NCBI GenBank assembly: GCA_035299885.1
Contig: DATGVV010000460.1
Coordinates: 1 to 33,138 of the forward strand
Reading direction: 5' to 3'
DNA from: Chloroflexota bacterium
GTDB taxonomy: Bacteria; Chloroflexota; JAJPGV01
DNA: 33,138 bases
Shown: one piece after another, positions 31,599 through 33,138 of the stretch
Numbering within the stretch: the first letter of the stretch is position 1
How the letters are laid out: each line of letters opens with the position of its first letter
Made by a program: the position numbers and the translations under genes
The notes under the pieces: model-generated
What the model was told of the DNA's origin: nothing
What the model saw: the letters and a program-made list of their open reading frames with translations, nothing else
The model's database searches: none

Positions 31599-31604
31599 TA
31601 TAAT
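31599..31604 (+). promoter_or_regulatory. consensus -10 hexamer TATAAT, 5 nt upstream of the toxin GTG
   Basis: Read directly in the locally AT-richer divergent region between the pRiA4b-like gene and the toxin. No SD. Confidence 0.4.
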
Positions 31605-31609
31605 TAGCC

Positions 31610-31966
31610 GTGTCGTGGACGGTCACATATTACGAGACGGCCGCTGGTGTGAAGCCGGTCTTGGCGTATATCGACGCGCTCTCGGGCAAGGAGGCAGCCA
31701 GTGTCGTCCGCGCCATTCAGCGACTGGAACAATAGGGTGTCTCCTTGGGCATGCCGCATGTTCAGCCGCTTCAAGGCAAGCTCTGGGAACTGCGTAGCCA
31801 CGGTCCGAGTCAGCAGCACCGGGTGATTTACGTGGCTATCTCCGGCCAACGTCTGTTGCTGCTCCATGCATTTACAAAGAAGACGGCCCAAACGCCAAGG
31901 CGGGAGATAGCGCTGGCCGAGGAACGGTTGGCAGATTGGGAACAACGACGACAAAAGACGAGGTGA
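31610..31966 (+). pseudogene. Gp49/HigB-like (RelE/ParE superfamily) toxin with an in-frame TAG
   Basis: GTG 31610 opens MSWTVTYYETAAGVKPVLAYIDALSGKEAASVVRAIQRLEQ, followed by TAG at 31733-31735. The same frame then continues GVSLGMPHVQPLQGKLWELRSHGPSQQHRVIYVAISGQRLLLLHAFTKKTAQTPRREIALAEERL (tracked ORF 31745..31966). Read through, it is a full-length Gp49-type toxin. Confidence 0.7.
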
Positions 31967-31969
31967 ACG

Positions 31970-32272
31970 ATGACTGAGACAGAGAAGTATGTGCGAGAGC
32001 GCTCCCGGCGAGACCAGGAGTTCAAGGCCGCTATTGAGGAGACGGAGACTGCTCATGCGTGGAGCCTGGCCCTCATCCGAGCTCGGATCGATGCCGGCCT
32101 TACTCAGGCCCAATTAGCCGAACGGCTCGGGACACGTCAGCCCGCAATCGCGCGGTTAGAAGCCGCCCGGACCACGCCATCCATCAACATTCTCATGCGG
32201 TACGCAAAGGTTCTCGGGGTTCGCTTCGAGGTGGGCGGCGATCAGGTGGAGGTCGTGCGGCCAGCCGCTTAG
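31970..32272 (+). CDS. XRE-family helix-turn-helix antitoxin (HigA-like)
   Basis: 100 aa. ARIDAGLTQAQLAERLGTRQPAIARLE is an HTH_3 motif. The ATG is 3 nt after the toxin stop. Confidence 0.8.
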   Translation: MTETEKYVRERSRRDQEFKAAIEETETAHAWSLALIRARIDAGLTQAQLAERLGTRQPAIARLEAARTTPSINILMRYAKVLGVRFEVGGDQVEVVRPAA

Positions 32273-32458
32273 CCGCCGGTGCTGATCGCACGGCTATTCG
32301 GCCAACGGGTTTGACTCGCGAAGGGTGCCCCCGCTGGCTTTGAGTTCTGTCCACAATGATTAGGTGAAGAACCATCCGGGCGTCGTCGATATCATTATGA
32401 TCAAGCAAGCGGGGATCTACCGATCACGTACGCCGACATTTTGGCGCACCACGACCCC

Positions 32459-32487
32459 TTGACGTAATGACTCAGCTGAGGTAGAAG
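32459..32487 (+). promoter_or_regulatory. candidate sigma-70-type promoter TTGACG-17-TAGAAG upstream of the GAF sensor gene
   Basis: Hexamers read directly. AGGAG follows, 13 nt before ATG 32513. Confidence 0.3.
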
Positions 32488-32512
32488 TACCGCCCAGGAG
32501 ACGTCGTCCCCC

Positions 32513-33138
32513 ATGGGCAGAAGATCCTCAGCGGGCCGGGGTGCACAGCACCCCTGGAAGGCCGAAGCGGTCGCGCTCGCGGATCTTATCCGGCATGGGG
32601 TTCACGAGCGCAACCTCAACCCGCTGCTGTCCCTCCTCGCCGCACACGTCGTAGACGTGCTTGGCGCCGATTTTTCGACGGTAACACTCGTTGACGAGCA
32701 CGACGTGGCGCTCGTTAGAGGTTCTCATGGCGTCATCAGCGACGCGTGGACGAAACACACGCAAAGCCGGCGTACCGGCACCACCGCGCGGACACTCGCG
32801 GCGGGGCACACAATCGCGTTCGACGACATCTCTGACAGGAGTCAATATCCCGGTTCCAGGTTTACCCGCAATGGAGCGGAGGGGCCCGCACCATACTTGC
32901 GACTCCAATACCGATTCGTGATGGTCTGAGGGGGGTGCTGCATGCGGGCTGGCGCATCGTAACCCCTATCAGCACGCAGGAAACAAATATGGCCGAAACG
33001 CTGGCGGCGCTTGGTGGGATCATCGTCGACAACGCAAGGAGCCACCAAGAAGCGAGCAAACTGGCTGCATGGCTGAAAGCGATCGTCGACCAAATGCCGA
33101 GCGGCGTGGCCGTGGCCGATGCTCAGGGCAGCACCGTG
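32513..33138 (+). pseudogene. GAF-PAS sensor protein (3' partial), interrupted by a frameshift as sequenced
   Basis: Tracked ORF 32513..32929 carries the N-terminal GAF half (LLSLLAAHVVDVLGADFSTVTLVDEH...). The GAF core continues in the frame that is open from 32836. It reads GARTILATPIPIRDGLRGVLHAGWR...AALGGIIVDNARSHQEASKL, followed by a PAS-like start (LKAIVDQMPSGVAVADAQGSTV) running off the window. One extra base in GGGG/CCC at 32881-32887 would fuse the frames. Confidence 0.65.

Noticed and set aside
31604-32113. 169-aa minus-strand ORF over the toxin-antitoxin pair
   Set aside because: It is antisense to two recognisable family members (Gp49-like and XRE HTH) and has no motifs of its own.
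1-33138. CRISPR arrays, rRNA/tRNA genes, IS elements, integrases, prophage or known defence-system genes
   Set aside because: I found no direct-repeat/spacer periodicity, structural-RNA signatures, transposase or recombinase motifs in any frame. The only mobile-element-associated family is the pRiA4b-ORF3-like gene, which by itself does not define an element.

Overview
High-GC, very tightly packed bacterial chromosomal segment of about 40 genes, many joined by 1-4 nt start/stop overlaps. I found no rRNA, tRNA, CRISPR array, transposase or integrase. All family calls come from reading motifs by eye; no searches were run. Left third (1-14.7 kb) is catabolic. Two divergent operons start 29 bp apart: a CarAa/OxoO-like Rieske oxygenase plus a single-subunit LigB-type extradiol dioxygenase on one side, and a meta-cleavage hydrolase plus a lone xanthine-dehydrogenase-family molybdopterin subunit on the other. 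Each operon ends with one half of a split ComD/ComE-type TPP decarboxylase. Next come a dehydrogenase/amidohydrolase/epimerase/binding-protein operon, a membrane-anchored LamG-like protein coupled to a D-2-hydroxyacid dehydrogenase, and a second orphan Rieske oxygenase. Middle (14.7-24.9 kb): a GH15 hydrolase, then a six-gene overlapping operon of TroA-type metal ABC importer, cytoplasmic Asp-box beta-propeller, GG-terminated MoaD/ThiS-like ubiquitin-fold protein and NDH-2. After it lie a frameshifted NRAMP-type transporter and another D-2-hydroxyacid dehydrogenase. Right third: a membrane desaturase with small Cys-rich/zinc-ribbon partners, a hemerythrin-like gene overlapping an infC that needs a non-canonical ATA start and lacks rpmI-rplT, a third orphan Rieske oxygenase and greA. 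It ends with an accessory patch (pRiA4b-ORF3-like pair, Gp49/HigB-like toxin with an in-frame amber codon plus XRE antitoxin) and a frameshifted GAF-PAS sensor cut by the window edge. The best candidate for an undescribed system is the propeller/ubiquitin-fold pair at 19595-21003, followed by the split TPP enzyme spanning two divergent aromatic-catabolic operons. Two gene disruptions are single-base deficits in homopolymer runs, so assembly error must be excluded before calling them pseudogenes.
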